Below, piece after piece: positions 9,328-19,683 of a DNA stretch of 64,000 bases (positions are counted from its first letter, which is position 1; each line of letters opens with the position of its first letter). The stretch lies in NCBI GenBank assembly GCA_946553025.1, contig CAMNRM010000022.1, forward strand, positions 2,726 through 66,725, given 5' to 3'. A program made the position numbers and the translations under genes. The notes under the pieces were generated by a model. That model was not told the DNA's origin. It ran no database searches and saw only the letters and a list, made by a program, of their open reading frames with translations. The stretch comes from an uncultured Clostridium sp. GTDB lineage: Bacteria > Bacillota > Clostridia > Lachnospirales > Lachnospiraceae.

Positions 9328-9999
9328 TTAAATCGATAAAAAACAATTAAACGCAGGCAAAGCTGCATCATCATGATTTTTGCGGATAGCTTCCTCCAGA
9401 ACAGGGTTCAGCCATACAAGATTCAAATGGTCAGCTTTGCCGTTATCCATATATTCATTTTCAACCAGAATTTTCACCATCACCTGTTTTAATTTTGTTA
9501 TGGTCGATTCACTCCATCCGGCAATGGTGTCTTCCTGTTCCTGAAGACGAAGAAAAAAGATATTTACATCCGATTTCCCAAAAGAAAATTCATTAAGCCG
9601 GTATTTCTCTCCAATCTCAGTAACCATAAATTCCCAGATGATGCGGTATTCCTTCATCATGGCATACAGGCAGATCTGCTTTGCATCATAAAAAGGCCGC
9701 TCAGCCAGCGCACACACTAAAGATTCATCCCCCATGGCCCGCAGACGGCGAATACAGGCCCTGGCCATCCTCTGCAAAGACTTTTCCGTCGGATATTGAA
9801 ACAGATTTTCCTCTGCAATATGTTTGATTATCTCTTCATCCGACAGCTTTTCGCCCATCAGCCTGGCGGTAATACGCATTTCATAGAATAAGAATGGTTC
9901 CCTTGTGAACGCAGAAGAATAAGGTTTGAAGTTTTTTACATTTTTTGCAGTCTTATTCACCAGCTTCTTATTCACCATCCTACCCTTTACCTTTCCCAT
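9328..9999 (-). CDS. brxA: BREX protein BrxA (DUF1819); true start possibly 9978
   Basis: YSSAFTREPFLFYE, NLFQYPTEKS, WSESTITKLKQ; gene order. Confidence 0.88.
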   Translation of the reverse strand: MGKVKGRMVNKKLVNKTAKNVKNFKPYSSAFTREPFLFYEMRITARLMGEKLSDEEIIKHIAEENLFQYPTEKSLQRMARACIRRLRAMGDESLVCALAERPFYDAKQICLYAMMKEYRIIWEFMVTEIGEKYRLNEFSFGKSDVNIFFLRLQEQEDTIAGWSESTITKLKQVMVKILVENEYMDNGKADHLNLVWLNPVLEEAIRKNHDDAALPAFNCFLSI

Positions 10000-10216
10000 A
10001 ACAAAAATGTATACTTTTCTGTAATTTAAAATAGTTCAGAAAATTTTGCTTATTTTTGGATATATTTTGATTTTTTTCAGAACACACCGAGCAAATACTT
10101 GATTTTATAGTAGAAATTCCATGATTTTTATGTTATTATTGAATGGATAACGAAAAAGCGTGGAATCACGGAAAAGTATGCTTTCCTGTAATTCCACGCC
10201 TGATATTTTTCCACAC

Positions 10217-10831
10217 TTACATTTTTTGATAAGCCATCTTTTGATAAATCTCCGCCCGATAGCGAAACGTTGAAAGCGGCATCTTACACATCTTTGCCGC
10301 CTCTGTACATGTAATTTGCCCGGATTTCCAAAGCTGATAAGATTGATAAAAGCTATCCGGCAGGGGCATCGGCGGGCGTCCGAAACGGATTCCTTTTGCC
10401 TTTGCCGCAGCAATTCCTTCCGCCTGACGCTGCCGGATTGCTGTCCGTTCATTTTCTGCCACAAAGGATAACACCTGCAAAACGATATCACTTAAGAATG
10501 TTCCCATTAAGTCCTTTCCTCTCCGGGTATCTAAAAGCGGCATATCCAATACCACGATATCAATTCCTTTTTCCTTCGTCAGTATTCTCCACTGTTCCAG
10601 AATTTCCCCGTAATTGCGCCCCAACCGATCGATACTTTTGATGTAAAGCAAATCATCTTTTTTTAAACACCTCACCATTTGCTGATACGACGGACGCTGA
10701 AAGTCCTTTCCTGACTGCTTATCGATAAAAATATTTTTCTCCGGAATAAATAATTCCTGCAAAGAAATTAACTGTCTGCTTTCCTTTTGCTCATAGCTGC
10801 TCACGCGAATATAACCATACTTATTGACCAT
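10217..10831 (-). CDS. Serine recombinase (resolvase/invertase family) with C-terminal HTH
   Basis: YGYIRVSS catalytic Ser motif, SGKDFQRP, SIDRLGRN, ERTAIRQRQAEGIAAAK. Start moved to ATG 10831 (SD GGAAAGGGG). Confidence 0.9.
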   Translation of the reverse strand: MVNKYGYIRVSSYEQKESRQLISLQELFIPEKNIFIDKQSGKDFQRPSYQQMVRCLKKDDLLYIKSIDRLGRNYGEILEQWRILTKEKGIDIVVLDMPLLDTRRGKDLMGTFLSDIVLQVLSFVAENERTAIRQRQAEGIAAAKAKGIRFGRPPMPLPDSFYQSYQLWKSGQITCTEAAKMCKMPLSTFRYRAEIYQKMAYQKM

Positions 10832-11089
10832 AAAAATCCCCTTTCCTGCCCGAAAAGCATCGTATTTTCTGCCATTATACGACATGATTCTACATGACTT
10901 TCCAAACAGAAAACAAGGAGATTTCATCAAATATTTCTTCCATTTTATATAACCGTTTTTTAAATAAGTATGTCATCTTTATCTATCTTTATTTCAGAAT
11001 GCTCCTCAACCTTTAACCAAATTCAACAAAAAGTCCTCCACTTCTAAAAATGATGGGATGAATTGCTAATCCCTTCTCTAACAACAAAA

Positions 11090-11125
11090 ATGACTCCAGC
11101 AAGTTCAATCATCTACTGGAGTCAT
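11090..11125 (-). terminator. Intrinsic terminator downstream of XRE gene
   Basis: ATGACTCCAG...CTGGAGTCAT inverted repeat followed by a T-run on the minus strand. Confidence 0.65.
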
Positions 11126-11134
11126 ACTTCTTTT

Positions 11135-11458
11135 CTACACAACTTCTCTAAGTTCCACATATTCATCCATCAAATCTAATAGCCTATCCAGATTATCAGG
11201 ATTGTTAAACTCTTTCATATACTGCAAATCCGATACTAAATTGTCTGATTCACGATTAATCAATTCACTCTTTGTTGTTTGAAGAAGCCTTGCAATCTTA
11301 TCTAATTCAACTGGAGGAATGATAACTTTTCCTTCGATAACATTCCACACATCTTTAATGGAATATCCCAGATGTCTGGCAAATCTACCAGGACTAATGT
11401 TAGCTTCCAGCATACGCATACAAATATTAATGCCAAGCTTTCTTCCTACATTCGCCAT
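11135..11458 (-). CDS. XRE-family HTH transcriptional regulator
   Basis: ISPGRFARHLGYSIKDVWNVIEGK...LDKIARLLQTT helix-turn-helix pattern; good SD (AAAGGGGG). Confidence 0.7.
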   Translation of the reverse strand: MANVGRKLGINICMRMLEANISPGRFARHLGYSIKDVWNVIEGKVIIPPVELDKIARLLQTTKSELINRESDNLVSDLQYMKEFNNPDNLDRLLDLMDEYVELREVV

Positions 11459-11526
11459 TCTACATCCCCCCTTTATTCAACTCAGCAAACACAAACATCC
11501 CCATATAAAAGCTTCATTCCTGTTTC

Positions 11527-13488
11527 TTAAACCGAATGAAACCTCTCCACCAACACCCCAGATCGGTACGCCTCCAAAAGCTGTTCGAGATCCCCAATCT
11601 TCTCCTTAATATCCTTCCCGATATCGGTATCTCCCACCAGTTTTCTCTGCGAAACCCGCTTGACGACAATGCTTTCGGAATGGATATCGCTCCCTTTTTG
11701 TATCGCCGCCTCCGTGGATTCAAACGGCTCATGCGCCGCTAAAATCAGTCCGTAGGAGTTATAAATCAGCGTATAACCCGCAATCCCGGTTTCCCTCTGG
11801 TAAGCCTTGGAAAAGCCGCCGTCAATAATCAGCACCTTCCCGCCGCACTTGACCGGACTCTCCCCGTTTTTCGTTTTCACCGGCACATGCCCGTTAATAA
11901 TATGGCTCTCCTCTGCCGGAAGCCCGAACTCTTCCAATATCCGATCCGTCACTTCCTCCTTCTCCAATAACCGGTAATACGGATTCTTTCCTTCCTGGTG
12001 CGTTTCCTTATCTGCCAGGAAATATCGCTCAAATGTCGCCATCTTCGCCTTGCCAAACAGCGGTGAGTTTTCATGGAGCCAGATATACCACATCAGGTCT
12101 TTTCCTCGCCGCTTTTCCTCTGCATTGACCGCGACAAAACTCTTTCTTACATAGCTGTCCAGCACCTCGTAAAGTGCCTTCCCCTTATACTTTTTCCCGT
12201 AAATCTCCACCTCTTTCAGCGTTCCGTCGGCATTTAACGGCACACATCCATGATAGAGAAGATTCCCGTTATACACCTTATATAAGCTTCCCTTAGCCAA
12301 TAAAAACTTCATGTGCTGCTGCAGCTTTTCACAGTTTAAAAAGGCCCGTTCCAGGCGGCGGATAATCTCCTCCTCCTGCTCGGTAAACGCATAGGGCGCA
12401 GCCGGATTTACGGTTGGGAAATTCTTATCCAGCAGCTCATATTCCTTCCCGTCCAGCACAATCGTCCCCTTGGCAAAGTCAATGCGGTGCAGAAGATTTC
12501 TCTTTTCCAGCTTAAATTCCGGGTGGCGCATAATCAATTGACCCTCCGCCTTAAACTGGATAATGGAAATCGCCTTGTGCAGCTTAACATTCATCTCCCG
12601 CTCGTCGATACTGCAGTTTCCCCCGCCCTTTAGCTGGAAGCAGGCACAGGGATCATCCCCGTAAACATTCAAGGCAAAAGTAGCCAAAGGCAGCAGATTA
12701 ATCCCATAGCCGTCCTCTAAAATATCCAGGTTTCCGTACCTGGCGCAGATGCGGATAACATTGGCAATACAGCTAATCTGCCCCGCCGCAGCCCCCATCC
12801 AGAGCACGTCATGATTGCCCCACTGGATATCGATAGAGTGGTATTTCATCAGCTTGTCCATAATAATGTGCGGCCCCGGCCCGCGGTCATAGATATCGCC
12901 GACAATGTGCAGATGGTCCACCACCAGACGCTGAATTAACTGGCAGAGCGCCACGATAAACTCCTCCGCCCGCCCCACGCGGATAATGGTTTTAATAATC
13001 GCATTATAGTAGGATTCCTTATCAATTCCTTCCTCTTTTTCAACAATTAACTCCTCAATCACATAGGCAAACTCCGACGGAAGAGCCTTTCTTACCTTGG
13101 AGCGTGTGTACTTGCTGGCTGCACATTTGCAGACCTGAATCAGACGGTAAAGCGTGATTTTATACCAGTCCTCCGGGTCTTTTTTCTCCTTTAATACCTG
13201 GTTCATCTTTTCCTTAGGATAGTAAATTAAGGTCGCCAAAGACTGCTTGTCCTCATTGCTCAGGGTATTGTGAAATACCTCATTTACCTTTCGGCGCACA
13301 GCCCCGGAACCGTTTTTCAAGACATGGGAAAAGGCTTCATATTCCCCGTGAATATCCGTTAAAAAATGCTCCGTCCCCTTGGGCAGATTCAGGATGGCTT
13401 CCAGGTTAATCACCTCCGTGGAGGCAGCGGCGATGGTCGGATAAAGCTCCGACAGACGCTCTAAATAGCGAATCGATAAATCTTTCAT
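11527..13488 (-). CDS. fbp: Fructose-1,6-bisphosphatase class III
   Basis: NLPKGTEHFLTDIHGEYEAF, GDIYDRGPGP, QWGNHD, IDGGFSKAYQ. Start moved to MKDLSIRY (13488). Confidence 0.93.
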   Translation of the reverse strand: MKDLSIRYLERLSELYPTIAAASTEVINLEAILNLPKGTEHFLTDIHGEYEAFSHVLKNGSGAVRRKVNEVFHNTLSNEDKQSLATLIYYPKEKMNQVLKEKKDPEDWYKITLYRLIQVCKCAASKYTRSKVRKALPSEFAYVIEELIVEKEEGIDKESYYNAIIKTIIRVGRAEEFIVALCQLIQRLVVDHLHIVGDIYDRGPGPHIIMDKLMKYHSIDIQWGNHDVLWMGAAAGQISCIANVIRICARYGNLDILEDGYGINLLPLATFALNVYGDDPCACFQLKGGGNCSIDEREMNVKLHKAISIIQFKAEGQLIMRHPEFKLEKRNLLHRIDFAKGTIVLDGKEYELLDKNFPTVNPAAPYAFTEQEEEIIRRLERAFLNCEKLQQHMKFLLAKGSLYKVYNGNLLYHGCVPLNADGTLKEVEIYGKKYKGKALYEVLDSYVRKSFVAVNAEEKRRGKDLMWYIWLHENSPLFGKAKMATFERYFLADKETHQEGKNPYYRLLEKEEVTDRILEEFGLPAEESHIINGHVPVKTKNGESPVKCGGKVLIIDGGFSKAYQRETGIAGYTLIYNSYGLILAAHEPFESTEAAIQKGSDIHSESIVVKRVSQRKLVGDTDIGKDIKEKIGDLEQLLEAYRSGVLVERFHSV

Positions 13489-13650
13489 GTGGTCATTCCC
13501 CCTGCTACATTTATGCTTTTTGCAGCAATTCCCTTTTCTTAAATATTTCCAGGCATTTCTAAATATTCCTAAAATTTTAAAAAAAGAACTGCAAAATTCA
13601 TCATTATAGCTAAAAGTATACCACATTTGCCGCATAAAACCAATAAAAAT

Positions 13651-14286
13651 TTACACAATAAGGTTTTCTACAGTAAGGTTTTCGCCCTTCAAACCAATAA
13701 AGCAATCCTTAGAAAGCCCGCCCTCTGCATGACCGATCAGCCATTTATTCACCGCAGTCATCAGCTTTTCTTCCCCGCAGCGAACCACAGGCTTTTCCTT
13801 CAACTCTCCGTTCGTTCCCCTGGGCAGGATGACCGCACAGCGGAAACCGTTTTCATCGGCCTGGCAGGGAGCGTAGTGCAGGGTTGTCGCATAGAGTTCT
13901 ACTGCGGTGTTCGCCGGAACAAAAAACGCCTTTACCGTTGCCGTATCCAGCGTATAATCCGGCTCTACGTCCGGCAGCCACCCCAAAAGAAGCACCATAT
14001 CCGTCACAGCCACATTAATTTCCGAATCCCGGTGATACTCCAGGGCATTCAGCTTCCGGTTATGACCGTTGCAAAAGCCAATCTGAATCGGCATCTGCCC
14101 ATAAATCCCGTCCGCAATCTCCTTCGCCACAGAAAGCGCCTCCAGTTCCGGCACAGACGCCACATAATCCACACCCTCCGGCAGGGGAGTTTTCTTCATC
14201 TCTTCCAGCAGTTCGGTTAAATCATAACCGGTAATCACACGCCCGTATTTTTTAAATTCCGGATCGGTTACTTGATATTGCTTCAT
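13651..14286 (-). CDS. DUF4867 family protein (cupin-like)
   Basis: EFKKYGRVITGYD, LNALEYHRDSEINVA, YATTLHYAPC, NKWLIGH. Start moved to MKQYQ (14286). Confidence 0.75.
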   Translation of the reverse strand: MKQYQVTDPEFKKYGRVITGYDLTELLEEMKKTPLPEGVDYVASVPELEALSVAKEIADGIYGQMPIQIGFCNGHNRKLNALEYHRDSEINVAVTDMVLLLGWLPDVEPDYTLDTATVKAFFVPANTAVELYATTLHYAPCQADENGFRCAVILPRGTNGELKEKPVVRCGEEKLMTAVNKWLIGHAEGGLSKDCFIGLKGENLTVENLIV

Positions 14287-14452
14287 TCGTTTTACCTTCC
14301 TTTCTTCGCATTTGTTTTTCTGCGGTTGCACCTGTTTATCTATTGGAAAGTATAACTTGTTTTTCTGTCTTTTTCCAGAGGAAAACTTGCTTGATTTATG
14401 GCAGTTTTTTGCACTGGATATAAAATTTCACTATTCCGTTGTCAAGGTTTCA

Positions 14453-14481
14453 TTGACAAAAAACAGGAAAAATCATATAAT
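14453..14481 (+). promoter_or_regulatory. Consensus sigma-A promoter
   Basis: TTGACA (14453-14458), 17-bp spacer, TATAAT (14476-14481). Confidence 0.85.
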
Positions 14482-14544
14482 TTAAAATGTAAGAAAAAAA
14501 CAGTAAAACAAAGGATAAGAACAACATGGAGGAATGCCTGGTTA

Positions 14545-15459
14545 ATGGAAGATAAAGAAAGTTTTAACACGATTTTTGATGATGTATTCCGGACAATAGC
14601 ACAGAAAATGCCATTTTTGCTGATTCCGTTGATTAATGAAGTTTTTGGAACTGCCTATACCGAAGAACAGAAATTTGAGCAGCTGCGCAATGAGCATTAT
14701 GAAAAATTCGGCAAAATCATTACCGATTCGATTCTTCGGATAGAAGGACGCCTGTATCATATCGAATGTCAGTCCCAAAAAGACGGGAATATGGCATTGC
14801 GAATGGTGGAATATGATTTTGCGATTGCCCTCGAACATTCTTCCAAAATGGAGGACACCATAATTGAAATCCATTTTCCAGAATCCTGTGTACTGTATAT
14901 CCGAAACCACAGAAATATGCCGGACTATCATAAGGCACGAGTACGTTTTTCGGACGGACAGACCGTAATTTATCAAGTACCGGTTATCATGGCACAGAAC
15001 TATACAGTAAACAAGATTTTTGAGAAACGCCTTCTGGCTCTGCTGCCATACCATATTCTCCGCTATGAGCATTTCCTGCAATCCAACAGCACAAACCAGG
15101 AGAAACTGAATAAGCTGTTGGACGACTACCAGAAAATCTGCCAAAATCTGCCGCAGATACAGGAAAGAGAGGGAAAATCCCAGTTATATATCAATTTAGT
15201 TGACCTGATTAACCAAATTGCTGATTATGTGATTCCCAAAGAGAATCCCGTCAGAGAAAGGATTAGTGCGGTTATGGGTGGAAAAATATTACAATTAGCT
15301 TCTGAACGGCTTATTGACGAGGGCCGGGTTAGGGAATTGTGCTCTATGGTACAGGATGGAGATATTACTCTGGAATGTGCGGCTAAAAGACTCAAAGTTA
15401 CTATACCGGAACTAGAAAAAAGAATGTTGGAAAACGGATACCGATTTCAGAAAACATAA
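14545..15459 (+). CDS. Rpn-like / PD-(D/E)XK nuclease-family protein
   Basis: TIFDDVFRT, ITDSILRIEGRLYHIECQS nuclease-like motif, MALRMVEYD. Start moved to ATG 14545 (SD GGAGG). Confidence 0.65.
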   Translation: MEDKESFNTIFDDVFRTIAQKMPFLLIPLINEVFGTAYTEEQKFEQLRNEHYEKFGKIITDSILRIEGRLYHIECQSQKDGNMALRMVEYDFAIALEHSSKMEDTIIEIHFPESCVLYIRNHRNMPDYHKARVRFSDGQTVIYQVPVIMAQNYTVNKIFEKRLLALLPYHILRYEHFLQSNSTNQEKLNKLLDDYQKICQNLPQIQEREGKSQLYINLVDLINQIADYVIPKENPVRERISAVMGGKILQLASERLIDEGRVRELCSMVQDGDITLECAAKRLKVTIPELEKRMLENGYRFQKT

Positions 15460-15506
15460 CACATAAAACAGCAATAGCACAACCTGATCCGTTGCTTTTT
15501 ACAGTA

Positions 15507-15549
15507 AAAGATACTGCCTATAACAAACTCCGTTGCAGGCAGTATCTTT
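15507..15549. terminator. Bidirectional terminator between convergent genes
   Basis: AAAGATACTGCCT...AGGCAGTATCTTT 13-bp stem. Confidence 0.75.
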
Positions 15550-15585
15550 AAATAATTAAATCTAAAACGTTAAACTTTCTTCAAT

Positions 15586-16599
15586 TTATGCACGCATTTT
15601 TCTCACCCTGCGCCAGATAATTCCCATAATCAGCAGTCCGCTTGCTGCCATCAGTGCCAGCAGCGGCGCATAACTTATCGAACCATCCCCTGTTTTCGGC
15701 AAAAGGCCAAGGGGCGTCAGTACATCCTCGATGAACTGCGTAATAGGATTTGCCAGCGGCACTTCTTCATCATTAATCTGCTCGGGGGTCGGTGTCAAAC
15801 CCTCTAATGGGGTTCCGGCGTCATCAATCACCGATGTCGGTGTGCCTTCCGGGTCAATAATGACTCTTCTTCTGCCTCCGCCGCCGTTATTTCCTCCTCC
15901 GCCACCATTGTTTCCGCCACCGGGATTGTTTGGATTATTAGGATTGTTGGGATTATCGGGGTTATCAGGATTGTCAGGGTTATCGGGATTTTCAGGATTT
16001 TCAGGATCAGTATCGGGTGCTCCGTGTTTCGGTGCTGCTTCCACATCGTAGCGCCACTCTCCCGAAGTATTATTTCTGCTCACCCACAAGGGAAGTGTGG
16101 TCAAAAACGGATTAATTATCGTATCATCCCCTCTGGCAATGGCTGCCTTATCTTCGGGCGAACACACCAGATATAAACCCATGGACAGTTCCGAAAAGCT
16201 GCACTGTCCGTTCTGCGTTCTTTCTTCGGCAAGAGGTGCAATATGATTGTCATTGATAAATTTTCGCAGTATGCCGATTTCCTTTAAAACTTCATCTATT
16301 TCCGTTCCGTCCAGGACAGCTTCGGAGGCGGCAAATTCATCCGTCAGCACATACTTTCCTTCGGCCCCGTTCCATTCTCCCACCTGATAAATCATTATCG
16401 TGGCCGTCTTATCCGCATCTACACTTGCATCTTCTTTTTCCAGCTTAATACTTAAAGATACGGGGCGATTGGTATCAATATTTGCATTATTCGTTGTGTT
16501 TGTGTCTGCAGCAAATGCGGCCTGGCACAAACCAAAGACTGTCAGTATGATTGCCGCCAGAAAAGCTACCATCCTGTTTGTTCTGTTCTTTCTCTTCAT
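15586..16599 (-). CDS. LPxTG (LPKTG) minor/anchor pilin with P-D/N-N repeats and Gly tract
   Basis: Signal peptide, pilin-like N-domain (FSELSMGLYLV, INPFLTTLP), (PDN)n 9-bp repeats, LPKTG + TM + basic tail; next to sortase. Confidence 0.75.
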   Translation of the reverse strand: MKRKNRTNRMVAFLAAIILTVFGLCQAAFAADTNTTNNANIDTNRPVSLSIKLEKEDASVDADKTATIMIYQVGEWNGAEGKYVLTDEFAASEAVLDGTEIDEVLKEIGILRKFINDNHIAPLAEERTQNGQCSFSELSMGLYLVCSPEDKAAIARGDDTIINPFLTTLPLWVSRNNTSGEWRYDVEAAPKHGAPDTDPENPENPDNPDNPDNPDNPNNPNNPNNPGGGNNGGGGGNNGGGGRRRVIIDPEGTPTSVIDDAGTPLEGLTPTPEQINDEEVPLANPITQFIEDVLTPLGLLPKTGDGSISYAPLLALMAASGLLIMGIIWRRVRKMRA

Positions 16600-16631
16600 G
16601 GCTACCTTCTTTCTTCTCTGTTCTGCTGCTT

Positions 16632-17627
16632 TTAGAGAGTTCGTTTCTTTGTTTTCCGGCTGGCAGCTTGCTTTTTGGCTTTGCCATCTTCTTTTCCTTC
16701 TTCGGCTGTTTCGCCGGAATCTGTTCCCGTTGTTTTAGTTCCTGTGCCTTTTGCCTTCGCGCTGTTCTTTCCGGGAAGCAGAAGCCCTGCTCCAATCGCT
16801 GCCCCAAATGCCGCAATTCCAAACCAGATCCACTGTTTCGTCGTGAATCCATTGCCCTGCTGATCTTCCTCTTTAGGTACATCGGAATCCGCCGGAGTCG
16901 GCTTCATCTTCACTTCTTCCTCGTATTTTCCGTCATAGGGAATACGGGTTCCGTGGATGAGCATCCGGTGACTGTTGATGCCGTAGGGGGTGCAGGTCAC
17001 TAAAGTAACATAATCCTCTCCGGGGGTGATGGATAAACCTTCAACCTCCTCGGGGAGAACGATTTCAATCTGATCAATTTGGTATTCCAGGATTTCTCCT
17101 AAAACTTTGATGTAAAAAATATCTCCAACTTCCAGGCGGTCTAAATCCGTGAAAAGCTTCGCCGACGGAAGGCCGCGGTGCCCGGTTAATATCGCATGAG
17201 TGCTCTCGCCGCCGATGGGGAGGGAGGAGCCGATGTAGTGACCGGAAGCAATCTGGAGAACTGCCTCGTCTGTGCCGTGATAGATAGGAAGGTTGATTTT
17301 TACGGAAGGGATTTTGATGGAAGCCATAATGCCATTTCCGGTAATATTTAACAGGTTATCATAAAGCTTATCCTCCCGCTCCTCTTCCACGGTTGCGGCC
17401 ACACTCAAATTGTCAAACTCGGCAAGATATTCATTATATGCCACCGCAGATTCCCATTCCTTCGTGTAATCCTCTTCTTCCATCTGCTCAATTGCCACAT
17501 CATAATTGGCAATCGCCCGGGAAGAATTTTTTTCATTAATATAGTCACTAATTGTCGGATAAAGGAGTACAGAAAGACCCGTGAGGAAAATCAATCCAAT
17601 TATGCAATTTATTATTATTCTCTTCAT
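16632..17627 (-). CDS. srtC: Class C (pilus) sortase
   Basis: LPIYHGT, HAILTGHRGLPSAKLFTDLD, TLVTCTPYGINSHR; N- and C-terminal TM segments. Confidence 0.93.
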   Translation of the reverse strand: MKRIIINCIIGLIFLTGLSVLLYPTISDYINEKNSSRAIANYDVAIEQMEEEDYTKEWESAVAYNEYLAEFDNLSVAATVEEEREDKLYDNLLNITGNGIMASIKIPSVKINLPIYHGTDEAVLQIASGHYIGSSLPIGGESTHAILTGHRGLPSAKLFTDLDRLEVGDIFYIKVLGEILEYQIDQIEIVLPEEVEGLSITPGEDYVTLVTCTPYGINSHRMLIHGTRIPYDGKYEEEVKMKPTPADSDVPKEEDQQGNGFTTKQWIWFGIAAFGAAIGAGLLLPGKNSAKAKGTGTKTTGTDSGETAEEGKEDGKAKKQAASRKTKKRTL

Positions 17628-17726
17628 CGGGCCTTTCTTTCCTTTCTTAAATTATCTCAATACTTAGCTGTCTGTTTCATGATTCTTTTGAAAATTTATT
17701 TGTTATACTTTTCTTGATTAACTTAC

Positions 17727-19298
17727 TTATGCTTTCTTTCTTCTAACAACGAAAAATACTGCACCTGCCATTAAGACAATTCCTGCTGCGTAGAAGATAG
17801 TTGTACCGATACCACCGGTGGAAGGAAGAAGTGCACCTGTATTATTAAGAACAGCAACCTCATCAACAACACCGCCATTATAAAGTGTATTTCCTGCTTC
17901 CGCCTCCACTGTTTCACCATTTAACACATAATTTGTATCTTCACCTGCCACTTCAATTGTAAGTGATTCTGTTAATTTATTATATCCGTTTGGTGCCTTT
18001 TCCTCTGTTAATGTATATGTTCCTGATGCCAACCCCTTAATTGTAATGTGTCCACTTGCTGGAGTAGTGATATCTTCTGTACCATTTGGATCTACCGTAT
18101 ATACAGAAACACCATTTACTGTTGCTGGCGTTGCATTAACCTTAATTTTTCTGCCATTTGCATCACTTAAACTAAATACTGCATTGGCTAATCCGGTATT
18201 TGTCCCAGTATATTTAAAAATATCTACATCCCAAGTTTTTGTTTTTGTCGTACTTACAACACTATGTTTATTGTCACCATACTGTACATCTGCTTTATTT
18301 TCGTATTCAGTACCAACAATTGCCGCACTAGTTAGAGTTGCCGTATATGTTATGGTAATTACATCGCCATTCTCTAAACCATTACAAAAAGCTTCTGTAA
18401 ATTCAATTTCAAAATCACAACCATCTGTTGCATTAGCTCCAAGCTGTTTATATCCACTAGCATTAGCACTATTATCATCAGTTACATTAGCTACATCTGT
18501 TCCATTACCCTGCCCGCCTTTTTTAAGCATAACACTTTTTACTTCACTAAAGGATAATGCATCATCCATTTTATCATGTAATTTATAGTTCTGTGCACCA
18601 TCTTTTGCATTAATATCTACTGTAAATTTAATTTCCTTGCCAATTTCAGCAGAACCATTTGCCACACCATCTGCTTTTTTCTCTACCGTAGGTACTTCAT
18701 TTTTTTCTATAATAATAGCATTACTATCCGTTGTATTTAATGAACACAATGCACCAGTGGTAGAATCTACTAAATAATATCCCAATGAAAGATTAGGAAT
18801 ATTAATTTCACCTTCTGTTTCATCTCCAGTACTAGTATACGAAAATGGACCTCCAGCTACTGCAGATATACTGTTACTATTAGCATATGTTAAAGCTGCC
18901 TTAGCAAAACTTTCAGCATCTGCATTCTGTTTCCATCCGCTTACATATCCATTATTAAATGTCACATAATTACTTCCTTCGCCGTTCTCCCCAAAAAAGT
19001 TCTCCCAGCCACTAGCAACTTTATAAGAATATGCTCCACCAGTGATTGTAGATACTCCTTCATCATCTACTTCCTTATCATCATAACGATAACTATCCAA
19101 ATCAAATATTTTATATACATTGTACTCTTGGCCTTTTATTGCATTCTTAATCGTTATTGACCCAGTTTTATAATTTGTATCTCCTGTTATTGAAGAACCG
19201 GAATCTGATGTTGGCTGTTCTGCGAAACTTGGTGCTGCCATTGCCAATACCATTGTAGATGCTAAAACTGCGCATAAAAATTTTTTCATTTTTCTCAT
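17727..19298 (-). CDS. Major (shaft) pilin, SpaA/SpaH/EbpC type
   Basis: Signal peptide, YENKA pilin motif, E-box YTLTEEKAPNGY, LPSTGG + TM + RRKK. Confidence 0.88.
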   Translation of the reverse strand: MRKMKKFLCAVLASTMVLAMAAPSFAEQPTSDSGSSITGDTNYKTGSITIKNAIKGQEYNVYKIFDLDSYRYDDKEVDDEGVSTITGGAYSYKVASGWENFFGENGEGSNYVTFNNGYVSGWKQNADAESFAKAALTYANSNSISAVAGGPFSYTSTGDETEGEINIPNLSLGYYLVDSTTGALCSLNTTDSNAIIIEKNEVPTVEKKADGVANGSAEIGKEIKFTVDINAKDGAQNYKLHDKMDDALSFSEVKSVMLKKGGQGNGTDVANVTDDNSANASGYKQLGANATDGCDFEIEFTEAFCNGLENGDVITITYTATLTSAAIVGTEYENKADVQYGDNKHSVVSTTKTKTWDVDIFKYTGTNTGLANAVFSLSDANGRKIKVNATPATVNGVSVYTVDPNGTEDITTPASGHITIKGLASGTYTLTEEKAPNGYNKLTESLTIEVAGEDTNYVLNGETVEAEAGNTLYNGGVVDEVAVLNNTGALLPSTGGIGTTIFYAAGIVLMAGAVFFVVRRKKA

Positions 19299-19683
19299 AA
19301 TCGTTTTCCTTTCTTATTTTTGAAATTATTAATGATTACGTTGCTAAACCAACTGCTTATTTACACCTGCATAAAGTCCACATAATACGAATACCTATTT
19401 TATATAAACCTCACACAAATGCTTTTTCATCTCCTTTTCTTTTCCCCTCGCCTCCTTTACTGTTTCGGTCAAATTTGTACGTTGATCTATCGGTTTTTAT
19501 TTGTCAACTGACAGCTTTTTTCTGCCTATTACTTGCTGTCTATTACCTTCTGCCCGTTTTCTGTTTTCAATCTCCAATCATCTCCGTACAATCTTTGCAG
19601 TGCTTTATGTATACCTGTGAGAGCAGATACTTAATTTCCTACATTCTATTCTCTGCCCTCACAAGAACTACATTACTTTAGGA

